Source: Psammoneis japonica
Lineage: Eukaryota
DNA: 42,168 bases
Direction of reading: 5' to 3'
Assembly (NCBI GenBank): GCA_008632985.1
Contig: QPGO01000138.1
Location: 186,001-228,168 of the forward strand
The notes below the pieces were generated by a model. It had not been told where the DNA came from. It was given only the letters and a program-made list of their open reading frames with translations, and searched no databases. Shown here in pieces: positions 12,860 through 23,789 of this stretch. Position 1 is the first letter of the stretch; every line of letters starts with the position of its first letter. The position numbers were made by a program, and so were the translations under genes.

Positions 12860-14960
12860 AGGCGCAACGGCGGAAAAGTGAGACGCACCTCTTCTCGTCC
12901 CACTTTCCACTTTTTTTGAAAATCTGAGTGGCCTCCGTGCGTTGTTTTCCCCCGGCAGCCACGCGCGACAGCGCGCGGTGACGACTGAAGGCCATGGTGC
13001 CTGATGGTGCTCTCAAACTCGGTAAACCGTGCTGCTGCTTCTGTGCCAAGCTGTTGTCCGCGAAGCAGCGAGCGCTCTCCAATCTCTCAACACTTTTGAA
13101 GGAAGCTCTGCAGGGAGTGCATTGGCATGGTTTGCAAGAGTGGCAGTTGTCGATGAATCGAACTCTCAAAACATGATGTGGGGCGCTGGCTGGTGTGCAG
13201 GCAGGCGGAGGTGGTGCCCACAAGAGCGGAGAGAGTGCATGCAAAAATGTGTCTTGGGAGATTTTCATGTGGCAAAAATGAACATTTCAACAAGATCTGA
13301 GCTTCAAAATTTGGCAGCAAATCTCTGACAGCAATTCCCAGCTGATCATCATGCAGCCACAGACAAAGCCACACAAACACAACGTTCTCACAGTTGAGAC
13401 GGCTGTGGCAACAACATGATTGAAGCAACAAACGGCAAATTTTTTTCTTGGGTGTGGCAACACAAAACAAAAAAACAGAGGGGGGGGTGCACACTTGAGT
13501 GGGATCTTGCTCATGGCTGAAACACAGTTGCAAGTCAAGGCACAGCAGACAGATGGTCTTGACTCTCCATCTGCTTCACCCCCAAAGACCAAAGATTGTC
13601 TGAGAGACAGGCCTCTTGACAGGGGGCACGCAAGCTCAGAGGAGATGAGATGGCTGTGGCAACAAGATTGAAGCAACAAACAGCCATTTTTCCCCTGGGT
13701 GTCGGAACACAAAACAAAAGAACAGGGGGGGTGCACACTCAAATGGGGTTTTGCTCATGGCTGAAACACAGTTGCAAGTCAAGGCACAGCAGACAGATGG
13801 TCTTGACTCTGCCTCTGCCTCGCCCCCAAAGATTGTCTGAGAGACAGGCTTCTTGACAGGGGGTGCACAAGCTCAGAGGAGATGATGAGAGATCCCCCTC
13901 TGCATCTGCTTGGTCAGGTGACAAACACAAGTGACAAACAAGCCCCCCATTGCCAACCCTGACTCTCACAGCAGCTGCGCTCAAAGGAGCAATTTGTGGG
14001 GGGCTGGGAGAGATGGTGCATGCCTGGCTTTGTAACCTGCACTTGGAGAGCATCTCCAAGTCATGGGTGCAAGAACAGAGCTGATGGTGCATTTTAGAAC
14101 AACAAGTGTGCAGCGGTCACATGCTGGCTGCATGAGAAAGAATGTGCCTCAGCTCTGTCTTCTCAAACACATTGAGATGGATGGGCAACGAGAGCTCAAA
14201 ACCTTGAGAATTGAGTGCCAGGTGGGAAGAAAAATGTCAAGAGCTTGAGACAGAGCACAGGATTTAGCGCCTCTGGAGTGCCAAGGCAGGTGCAATTGCT
14301 CAGTTGACTGCTGTTCCAGACCAAAGGATGCCTGTTGCAAGAGCAGCAATGCAGCCAGCTCTTGACAGAGCCATCGTGTGAGATTGCCAGCTGCTTGGCA
14401 CTGACAGGCACATCAAAGTCAGCATCAAGAAGATCCCAGATGTCCAACAAGCGGATCATGGTCAGATTTATTTTGAGGGAGATGAGCCTGTCTGATGTCC
14501 ACAGCAACTGACACTCCCCAGTGTGGCTTTCCATTTAAAGCTCCAGCCTGCTCCACCGAAGTTGACCTGAGCATGATGTGCACCCATGTGGGTGGTTTCT
14601 GCAGTGCCCTTGGCACACACCACTTCTTGCACCACAAACTTGCCAGTGTGTGACTGATGGTCATTTTCTGGTTGTGGCTGCACTTGAGGTGATGGTTCAT
14701 GATGAATCACATGACCTCGCTGATGTTGAGAGGGCAGTGCCCATCTGTGTGTTCATTAAGAGATGCAGAAGCATGGCAATGGCCATCAAGATCACTGCTC
14801 AGAAGCTGCTAATTTGTGTGCTGGAAACACAATTGACGAACCCGTCAAAGAAGCACACGAACAAACGGAACATCTCACCTCTTGCCGATTCATTGCCGCG
14901 CCGAAAATTTTGACCTGCGAGAACAATTGTCACGTCTCAACCATGTGTCGGGACACGAGA
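12860..14960. repeat. TpA-depleted repeat block 2
   Basis: Fewer than about 10 TA in about 2.1 kb by eye; spurious Tyr-free ORFs on both strands. Confidence 0.85.
13401..13890. repeat. Tandem duplication, unit about 250 bp (13401-13651 and 13652-13890)
   Basis: Both units start ggctgtggcaacaa and share gctcatggctgaaacacagttgcaagtcaaggcacagcagacagatggtcttgactct and caagctcagaggagatga. Confidence 0.9.
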
Positions 14961-15111
14961 GTCCCAATTCAAATAGAGTCTTTTTAACAAGTGATAAAAA
15001 ATGATTGCTACTTTACTGCGGTTAATGCAAAGCAGAGTTGTGACGAGAAACGGAGACAACAGCCAACAAACAGAAAAGATGGTGCAAAACCAATTGTTGA
15101 GCTCAGACCGG

Positions 15112-18100
15112 TCAAGCGGTCATATGGACGTCGTTCGATCGTTTCATAGGGGTTAGACGAGATGCCAGTCCCATGCTTGCCTGTCGTTGAGGCCGACCAC
15201 TGGCATTTAATCGCTCCTCAGCTTCGATACTCTCCTCTCCTTTGATTTCAGTCGATAGCGTACCCGGCGCTTCCTTTTCTGGGTTAACCTCAGATTGGGG
15301 AGCTCTCTCATTTGCGCCATTGTTTTGAAATGGATATTCGATCTCTTCTTGGTTCTGCTTACGTCGCTTGCGGTAAAAGTACCAGCCAAACAAGGCAGCC
15401 AAGACAGCAACAACGCCCAAGACAACACCGATAATGATTCCAGTGTTGCTGCTGCTGTCATCAGCAGTGTCGATTGGTGCATTGGTGGGTGCAACATTCG
15501 GTGCATTGGTGGGTGATATTGGTTCTTCTTCTATTGTGCCACTTTCGACGACCACATCTGTCCCGACCTCAGATTCGGCATCAACTGATGCCTGCATCGC
15601 GGGAAAATCTAAAAGGCTTTCCCTTTGTTCAGCAATTACTTCAGCGGAATCTGGGGCAAGTCCCGAAAAGACCGCTCTTCCAGCAAAAGGCACAGTCACC
15701 ATATCTTGCAACTCACGGCGGTCGGCTTCCTCGGTAAGAAGTATAATGTGTGTCAAGTTGCTGAACTCTGTGACCAGTCTACTGAACAGATAATCCCCTA
15801 TGACCGCTGTCAGCGCCACCCTATTTAAATCTTCTGCTGAAATCGTCAGAGTAAAGTTCTCAAGAAGAACCGTGCTATTCACTCCGTCAACAGTCTCTTG
15901 AGTTACAAGTGGCGGAGATGGCTCCGAAGGAGACGTCAACAGTCCGCATCCAATCCTAGTTCCATCCTGGGCATGCACAACCACGGCACGCCCAACATTT
16001 TCCCCGTAAGAAGTACCTGCGTCAATTGGAAAGCTCGTGGTTGGATTGCCATCCGCAGTGCTACCGAAAGTGATGTTAGGAGGGATATTCCAAGGATCCG
16101 GAACCGCACCAGGACCGGTATCTGGCTCCCAGAAGTGGTCTAGCACCAGACTTTCCTCATCGCAAATAAAGCCTCTGTGGATACGAACATCACAATTGAT
16201 GCAGCTTGATTCGACGTCATTGAGATCCAGCATCAAGAGGAGGTCCTGTGAGAGGGTAATGAAGGTGTCGTCAAAGTTGTGATTTGTTGTAACCGTACCG
16301 CCCACATTCAGCGGGCCTGTGTAGCCAGGGAATCTTCCTACTTGAGCGACCAACGTATCCCCCGGTGTCACAATTGTGCATCCTTCGATTTCACGGTCGC
16401 CAATATCGGCGTCGAGAGACAAAAGGTTAGGGTCATCCGACAAGAAAGGAGCAAAATAGCCGTCGCGGTTCAATTCGGGTATAGCTGCAGGAGACAGTGA
16501 GTCCCAATTAGCACATACAGTGGCATCTTGTTCCTCCAGAGCAACGAGCCACGCGCTCGAGAGGTCATCCAGGCTAAACAGGTCATCTACATCCTCTTCG
16601 GAGCCGCCAAACAGTCGCACAATGTCTGACGTAAAGTTTCCGATGCCTCCCGCAGTGTTGATGGGAACAACCAGCTCGCATCCCATCGCACGCATGGCTT
16701 GAGCTGGGACCGCGTCGACCCAGCCACCAAAAGAAATTGAACCATCGCTGATGGGTACCCCAGCGGAAAGGATGGGTTCAGCGGGAGATCGTATGAGAGC
16801 ATCAAACCAGCGTGTCTCTCCAAGTTGTAAGAACCGTTGGGACTTCACATCCGAGAATCGAGCCTTGACTTCGCTTTCAATTTCTGGAGTCCCGGCAAAG
16901 TAACCAAAGCTCATGTCATCCCAAGAAACATCAAAAGACACATTATCACCATTCCTGTAATCAGTTATTGCTGTCTCCCAGACAGCAGCAGAGTTGCCTC
17001 GCACAACAGACGTAGCTATTAGAGTCGGAATTTTTCCGCCAACCACGTCAGTCAAGCGATTCTCAAAAGTTTCTAGAAACGCGGTAATATTGGCTACCCG
17101 AAATCATACAGTCGAGTGGAGGGTTAGACATGCGAGAGCGCCATTGCACGAAGAGGAAATGCCCGTCGACTTACAAGGTTGTCAGGATCGGTGCTGGCGA
17201 TTTCGGTGAAGTTAACGTCGTTCTGTACGAAGTCAAAGAAAACTTTGCTTTGAAAAAATGTCTGGCAGTTCATTCCATTTGAAGTTGATATGCCTTCAAA
17301 AGCTCTATAATCGAGTCCGCGAGTAGGTAGAGCACACTCATCCAAGAGTCGTTCCCAGTCATCCAGGTTGGTGGCACCATAGCCTGCATAGAAGCGCGCC
17401 TGCAAAGACTCTGGTTTGTGAGACAGATAATGCGTGAAGGTAAACCAACTAAGGTCGACCTATTACTACTTACCACAATATCCAGGAGAATCGAAATCCC
17501 CCGAAAGCTCAGAAGGCCCGGGCGCAGCACATTTAACGGTCCGGAAATTTGAAAGCTTGGAACGACATTCTCTCTAAGGTCATTGAAATGAAATTGAGGG
17601 TCTGGAGAATTTATCAGAAGCTGAAGGATTTCGTCATTGAGAAGTGTGGCAATGCTAAGAGAGACAGAGATCGCCCGATCGAAGACATTACTGGTCTCAC
17701 TGTCAAAAATTGCAACCAAATCTTCAATGGCTTGAGTTCGTTGATTCGGGATAATCAATCTTAGCGGGATTCCCGTTCTCACGGCTTCTTCCAGTATATC
17801 CCGAAGAACATTCCCGATAACCTCTTCGAGCGTGAATAGTGTGTCTGGAAGTCCTATGAAAGACTTGAGCATGAAAGCAAGACGAGCACGTCGTTCCTCC
17901 TCCGTGCACTCACGTGATCCGAATAATCTATTTGAGCAGGTTTCGACTCGAGGGTTAAGTGCCATGCTTTCGTACATCCATGAAGAAATAGTTCCGGAGG
18001 AAGCTCCAACAAGCCCTTCAATTGGTCCGAGTTCCTCAACAACTTGCGCTATAAATGCAAAGAGAAAGGAAACGACATGGCGAATAAAAATTGAGATAAG

Positions 18101-18458
18101 ATAGCTCTTCTATAGCTGGCCAAAATTAGTGTTTACGACGTAGTTTACTTACCTAGAGCTGTAAAGTGAGCCCAAACGCGAGGTCCATTTCCTTTTAAAC
18201 GGGAGAACGATGCAATTGAGAACACAAGGAAGCCAAAGTAACGCTCTGATGTAGCTTTCGTCAAGGCCACTCACCGCGAAGTCCTGCACAAACGGGCAGG
18301 GATGACGGCTGCAAGACCCTGGATTCCCGATCAAAATGGAAATCGCCACTATTTCTCAAATGGCTGCCTGATACATACCCTTGCACTGTGGTAGCCAATG
18401 AGATGATCAAGAAGCTCAATCCGGAACTGACGAGAACAAGGCGCGACAAGACCGGCAT
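15112..18458 (-). CDS. Type I membrane protein: signal peptide, patatin-like GxSxG domain, Cu/Zn-SOD-like domain, stalk, TM helix and cytoplasmic tail; exons 18458-18275, 18191-18153, 18048-17474, 17399-17175, about 17090/17061-15112
   Basis: Spliced N-terminus reads CAGLRGNGPRVWAHFTALAQVVEELGPIEGLVGASSGT; SOD-like segment IHRGFIC...DHFW...DPW...GRAVVVHAQDGTRIGCG; TM GIIIGVVLGVVAVLAALFGWYFY followed by RKRRK. The acceptor of intron 4 is unresolved because the canonical AG gives the wrong phase. Confidence 0.75.
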
Positions 18459-19207
18459 CGTCTTGGCTGATAATTTCCTTTTTTGAAGAACGTTTCTTGT
18501 TGTTCTCAAAGCCGCTTCAGGTGCACTAATTTTCTCGATACGGATGATCTCTGATTTGTGAATTGCAAAGAGAGCGTTTGCGATTGAGAGGAGCCCCAGA
18601 GCTTACTTATCTTCACTAAACCAATGTTTCACTACGCGCAACCTGCAACCCTGCTTCTCGAACGATTTCTGGGCTTCGGTCGTCGGTCGCGAGTCCCCAA
18701 AGCTCCCAAGTTTCCCGCGTTGTTAGTCGTGGGTTCGGTGCATGACGTCAGACAAATCGCAGCAGTCGTACGTACAGTCCGAAGTCATCAGTTCGCTTCC
18801 GTGAAAGAAGAGCAAAAACTGCATTAAAACTAACTCGCACTGCGAGGAGGCAACAGAGCTGTGCAACTTGAAGCCATTGTAATCTGCTCATGACCAACAA
18901 CTGCTCGAAGTGCCTTTGAATCAGTGCCTGGCACTGCCAACTGATCGGCCAAGGCAACGTGGGTCATGTGCGCCACGCTGACACCCATGCTCTCCAGTGC
19001 ATTCCAGAGGAAAAGCAAAGATTTCTGTTTTCCCACAGAGATGTGTGCTTGTGCTTCATCCAATTGCAAACACTTCCACTGAACAGTTGCACAGCAGACC
19101 ACAAGCAATCTGGGTCGACTGCTGCTGTCACTCACAGCTTTGGCATGGAGAGCATTTAAAATGTTGGAGCTCTTCGTTGTTGTCGTTGGAGTTGGAGTTT
19201 TTTGTTT

Positions 19208-19314
19208 TTCATTCTTCATTCTTTGTTCTTTGTTCTTTGTTCTTCGTTCTTCATTCTTCATTCTTCATCATTGTTGTTGTTGTTGCTGTCGTTGTTGTTG
19301 TTGTTGTTGTTGTT
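19208..19314. repeat. Heptamer array TT(CA/TG/CG)TTC followed by a (TCA/TTG)n trinucleotide tract
   Basis: Units ttcattc, ttcattc, tttgttc x3, ttcgttc, ttcattc x2, then tcatcattgttgttg. Confidence 0.9.
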
Positions 19315-20599
19315 GATGTGCTCCAGTTCCCAGGTGACGCACAAAACGACAATCAATTTTGAATGTAAATTGTGCGTCTTTAAGTGCGCAGAGCATTTTC
19401 ACATGAAACACTCAAGCGGATTGGCTTTTGCAGGCGTCCACAAGTGTGAACATTCAAATGGTTTTTTGTGGGGCATTCAAGTCCTCATGGGACATGTGTC
19501 ATCATCTCTCAACAACAAAAGAGTGAAATTGCAACAATTCAAAAACCACAAGCAACAAAGTGCTGAACCAAGACATTTTTTGCTGAGCCAGCATCCAAAG
19601 GGCAATTGATTTTTGCTGAACCAGTGCTGAATCAAAGCTCAATTTGTCCTGTCTCAATGAATGCAACATCACGCATGGCTGTCCTGTCCATCTCAGTGAA
19701 TGCAACGTCGCGCATGCAGCAAAGCTCCAAAGCCATCCCAGATTCTTTCTTTTTCATGGTGCACACGATGCTTCTTCTTTCCTGTGACCTTTTCCTTCGT
19801 AGCATGGAGTGCTCTTCAATGGTTGGGAATGACTTCATTGCCACCTTGTTTGTCATGTCTGGCGAGTTTTTGCCCGAGGCTCTCAATGTCCGAGTGAAAG
19901 GAAAAGCCAAAAGGCACAAGAAGAAAGGTGTGTTTACAATGTCGTCATCTGCTGTGTCATCTTGTGTCACATCATGTCATGTCGTGCCGCATCACATGGG
20001 GCCCCACTGTCACATTGTGCCACATCACATGACATGATGTCATGCGACATGACATGCTTGACATCACTTGGAGACAAGACATTGAAGATGAAGTCACTGG
20101 AACATCATTGTTTTCACACATGACGTCATCTTCACTGCGACATCATGTCACTTTTTGAGCAAAAAATGTCCCACTTTCCGAGTCAGCCGTGCTGAGCCGC
20201 TGAACCAATGGTTTGTTTTTTACATTGACTTCCTCAGTGGACTCAATGCTGATTGCACGTCAGTGGATTTACACTGCAATTTCTTTGCATGCAGAAAACC
20301 CACCAAGCAGCATCGTAGAAAGATGTGTTTGGGCAACATCCAAACAACGGCAATGTTTTCGCCGAAAATCATCCGTTGTGTCACGAATCTTTTAACACAA
20401 TGAAAAACACACTGTAGACAGCACAATGACAATGATGTTGCAACACTCACACAAGTTTTGTTGGTGTTGCAAAACATTTGCACTTGGACAAATCTGTGCT
20501 TTTGGTGGTGAAAGTTCGATCGCAAGTCAGGGGCCGCGCAAAAATCACGCAAATGTTGTTTTTGTGCACGATTTGGTTCGCGCGGGGCTGGAACACGTC
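19315..20599. mobile_element. MITE family B, copy 1, interrupted by an insertion of about 720 bp (about 19501-20222)
   Basis: Ends GATGTGCTCCAG and CTGGAACACGTC, flanked by tgtt/tgtt; segments 19315-19500 and 20223-20599 align to 24069-24634. Confidence 0.85.
19940..20150. repeat. Degenerate pentamer satellite (tgtca/catca/catga-like)
   Basis: tgtcatcttgtgtcacatcatgtcatgtcgtgccgcatcacat...cacatgacatgatgtcatgcgacatgacatg. Confidence 0.65.
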
Positions 20600-20621
20600 T
20601 GTTGTTGTTGTTGTTGTTGTT

Positions 20622-20881
20622 GTCCTGTTCCAGCTCCAGGTGCTCCGCGCGGGTTCGATTCCCATCATTTGGAAATTTGTGCATTCAGCGCAGTTGACTT
20701 TTTCCAAATCCGTTTTTTGCCAAATCGAAGGGTGAGTGTGCACTTTGCATGCATTTTCGGGTGCACACTCACCTTTCGATTTTCGAAATGATCAAAATTG
20801 AAGGAGTTGATTGCACTAAACTGCGCAGAAAATCGGCCTCTCGAGTGATGAAAAGCAGAGCACCTGGAGCTGGAACAGGCC
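20622..20881. mobile_element. MITE family A, copy 2 (260 bp), inserted in a (TTG)n tract
   Basis: Ends GTCCTGTTCCAGCTCCAGGTGCTC and GAGCACCTGGAGCTGGAACAGGCC; collinear with 8688-8947; flanked by tgtt/tgtt. Confidence 0.9.
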
Positions 20882-20894
20882 TGTTGTTGTTGTT

Positions 20895-20925
<31 letters not shown>

Positions 20926-21020
20926 TTGCTGTTGCTGTTGCTCTTGTTGTTCTTGCTGCTCTTGTTGTTGTTCTTGTTGTTGCTCTTGTTGTTGTTGCTG
21001 CTGTTGCTGTTGTTTTGTTG
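20882..21020. repeat. (TTG/CTG/TTC)n trinucleotide microsatellite
   Basis: tgttgttgt...gctgctgttg...ctcttgttgttcttgctgct; source of the spurious poly-Q, poly-L and poly-N ORFs. Confidence 0.95.
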
Positions 21021-22495
21021 CCAAATGTGTCTCGCCAGCACTTGCATGGCCACATGTCAGCCTCAAGTCACGCTGGCGGGGCAAGTGATCTTGCACACAG
21101 CTCACAAGATGTGCGTCAGGAGCTCAGTTGTTTTTCTGGCAAAGAACTTCTGTCAAGGAATTGGGGAATTGTGCGCGTTTCACAGTGCTCCCTTTTTTGC
21201 TGGCATTGCAAAGGTCAACTTCCATGAAGTGCAGCATCGAAGCAGAGAATCGTGTGACAACTTTGTGTGTTCACACTGAGCTCCCAGTTTTGGCAGTGAT
21301 CAGTGATGAAGGCACTGCTTGTTCCACTTTCTTCAAATGCTGGTTGACCTCAATCATCCGCTGTTTGAGACACACCCGCCAATCACAGCTGCTTTGATCA
21401 TGTCCAGTTGGCTGTGTCGTGGCTGAGAACTTCTCACCTGTGTCCTTTGGCACTGCAAAGTGCAGACTGTGCTGCTGCGGTGCACTTCATTTCCAGCCCG
21501 GTTTGCAGTGCATTTGTTTTTGGCAGATCTGGCCTTTGACTGCAGGCCACAGAGTCATGATCTGAAAGGCAGCACACACTTCTTGTGGTGAGCAACATGA
21601 AAGCATCTGTTGCTGGCATGTTGCAGGATGGGTTGAGCCAAGCTGCTTTGTCTGCAATGTCCTGGGCTGGAGAGTGTGTTTGGTTGAGAGTTTTTGTGTC
21701 CTTCTGAAGGATTGTGGTTTTTGGCAGCTCCAAGATCATTTTGTTTTAGAGCCAACCTCCTTTGTGGGAAATTTCCCACCAGCTGCCAGTCGTTGAGCCG
21801 CGCATGCCCAAAACAAGACTCCATGCTTGCCTCCCACAGCACCAACTCTTTCACATCAGTGAAAGAACTCACCAGCTTCAACTTTTGTCTCGAGACAAAG
21901 AGCCATGGCAAACATGAAGGCAGTGCCACAGACTCCAATCTTTTCTTCAGCAGGGGTGTGTGTGTGTGTTGGTGAACAAGTCTGTCAATGACCTTCTGCC
22001 ATTTGTGCTTCTCGAGACAAGGCTGGTCATGATGATGCTGAGGAGTGAAGTGGCACCCACAATCAAAGTGACATTCACAACTGCCTCTTGAGCAGCGTTG
22101 GCAGCAAAGGCATGCCTGGAGATGCCTTCCAGATGATGACAACATTGTCATCAATTGTCTTGGCTGCATTTGGTTGGAATGCCAACAATTGTTGTTGTGC
22201 AGGCGAGCAGCTCCGGGCATGTCCAAAATTCAAGCCATCGATCCCATCAACTCTGATCTTTTTCCATTGAAATAGCTCTCTGTACTAGCCATTGCGCATT
22301 ACATGTTTTACTGTATAAGAATCAAGCTTTGCAAAACACTAGTGCTCTACAATTTTTTCTTAATTTCTATCAAATAGGATTCATTCCTTACAAAGTCGGC
22401 CACCTACGCAGCTCCGCATGCCCCATGCTTACCTTGAAAGGAACAAACCCCAATACTTGATAATCGCTGGATTCGTTTCTTCGCCACCTCTTAAA

Positions 22496-23304
22496 CTAGG
22501 CCAATTGTTTCTTGGCCAAAAAGTCCGTATGTTCCTGGTAGGGTGACGCCGTGAGGGCGTTATCCGTCCAGAGCTCAGGACTCAAGTATCCGTACGTGTT
22601 ACGAAGGGCATAGAAAATGGCCTTGATGAAATTACCCATGGTACGCGTGTGACCACACGAACTCGAGTAACAATCCGTCACCCCCGCCATGTGCAAGAGC
22701 TTCTTTCCCGCCGGAGACGACACCAGTCCGGTACCACGGGGTGCCGGAATGAGACGAACACGGACCGAACCGCACTTGCCCGTCACCTTGCAGGGCACAG
22801 TATGGGGCAAACCGCCTTTCTTCCCCAGTATCCACGACGGACCGGAGCCACGTTGAGCTTGGCGGCCGTAATGGCACCACGAATCGCGGTAGCCACTTCG
22901 GACGAGCACTTGACTCCGAGACCAATGTGTCCGTCGGCATCGCCAATCGCCACAAAGGCCTTGAAACGGGTACGCTGACCGGCAGACGACTGTTTCTGGA
23001 CCGGCATGATCTTCATCACTTCATCTTGAAGCTTGTCCTTGAGAAAGAAATCGATAATTTCCGCCTCCTTGACGGGAAGCGAAAACAAAAAGATTTCCTC
23101 GATAGAACCAATCTTGCCCTCCTTGACGAGACGTCCGAGCTTGGTCACGGGGACCCACACGTTTTCGTCATCACGTCCTCCACGACGTCCACCGCGGCCG
23201 CGACCACCACGGCCTCGGCCGCCGCGGCCACCGCGGCCAAAGCCACCGCGGCGTTCGCCTCCGCCTTGAGGGGGTGGTTGTTGTTGTGGTTGTTCTTCTG
23301 ACAT
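22496..23304 (-). CDS. RPS2: 40S ribosomal protein S2 (uS5), with an apparent 1-nt deletion at about 22813; probable 5' UTR intron at about 23408-23332
   Basis: RGG-rich N-terminus, [35 protein letters not shown], then after the frameshift [27 protein letters not shown]. Confidence 0.97.
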
Positions 23305-23789
23305 ATCCTGTTTTGTTGTTGATAATGCAAACTAGAATAAAAGGAGTGTGTGTGTTAGAGCCGCCGGCAAACAAATTTCAGTCAATGCATCATGGTCGAT
23401 TACTCACTCTTGGGGCGAAGCAGATTATGAGCGACTCTCGGAGGCAGCAGCGTAGCTCGAAGTACTGTTTCTACGGGGAGTTTGAAAAAGTAAGTGGTAT
23501 GCGGTAGTCAGAGTCTGGCTGTGTGTCCGTCAACACAAAAGGGTACGTTCTTCCCACGACATTGTTGCCCAGCTTACAGCACTACCGGTACTGTAGGGGC
23601 CCTACAGTATGTAGAATTATGTAGAAAGTATACCACCGGAGACCTCAAACGTTCCCGGCGTACGTCCGTGACTGAAATTTCACCACGATGAAGCACGAGA
23701 GTCGAACAATTCGATTGGACTCAACCGGTCATTAAAAACGGCATGTTGTAACTTGACGGTTGTCCATGCCGTGTTTTTTTATTGTCATT

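Larger units (their letters stand above)
18840..22270. repeat. TpA-depleted repeat block 3 (nested MITEs and microsatellites)
   Basis: Near absence of TA; contains a heptamer array, (TTG)n/(CTG)n tracts, both MITE families and a degenerate pentamer satellite. Confidence 0.85.

Noticed and set aside
20665..21279. Poly-Q, poly-L, poly-N and poly-T ORFs
   Set aside because: They are translations of a (TTG)n microsatellite plus MITE sequence and are open in several frames.
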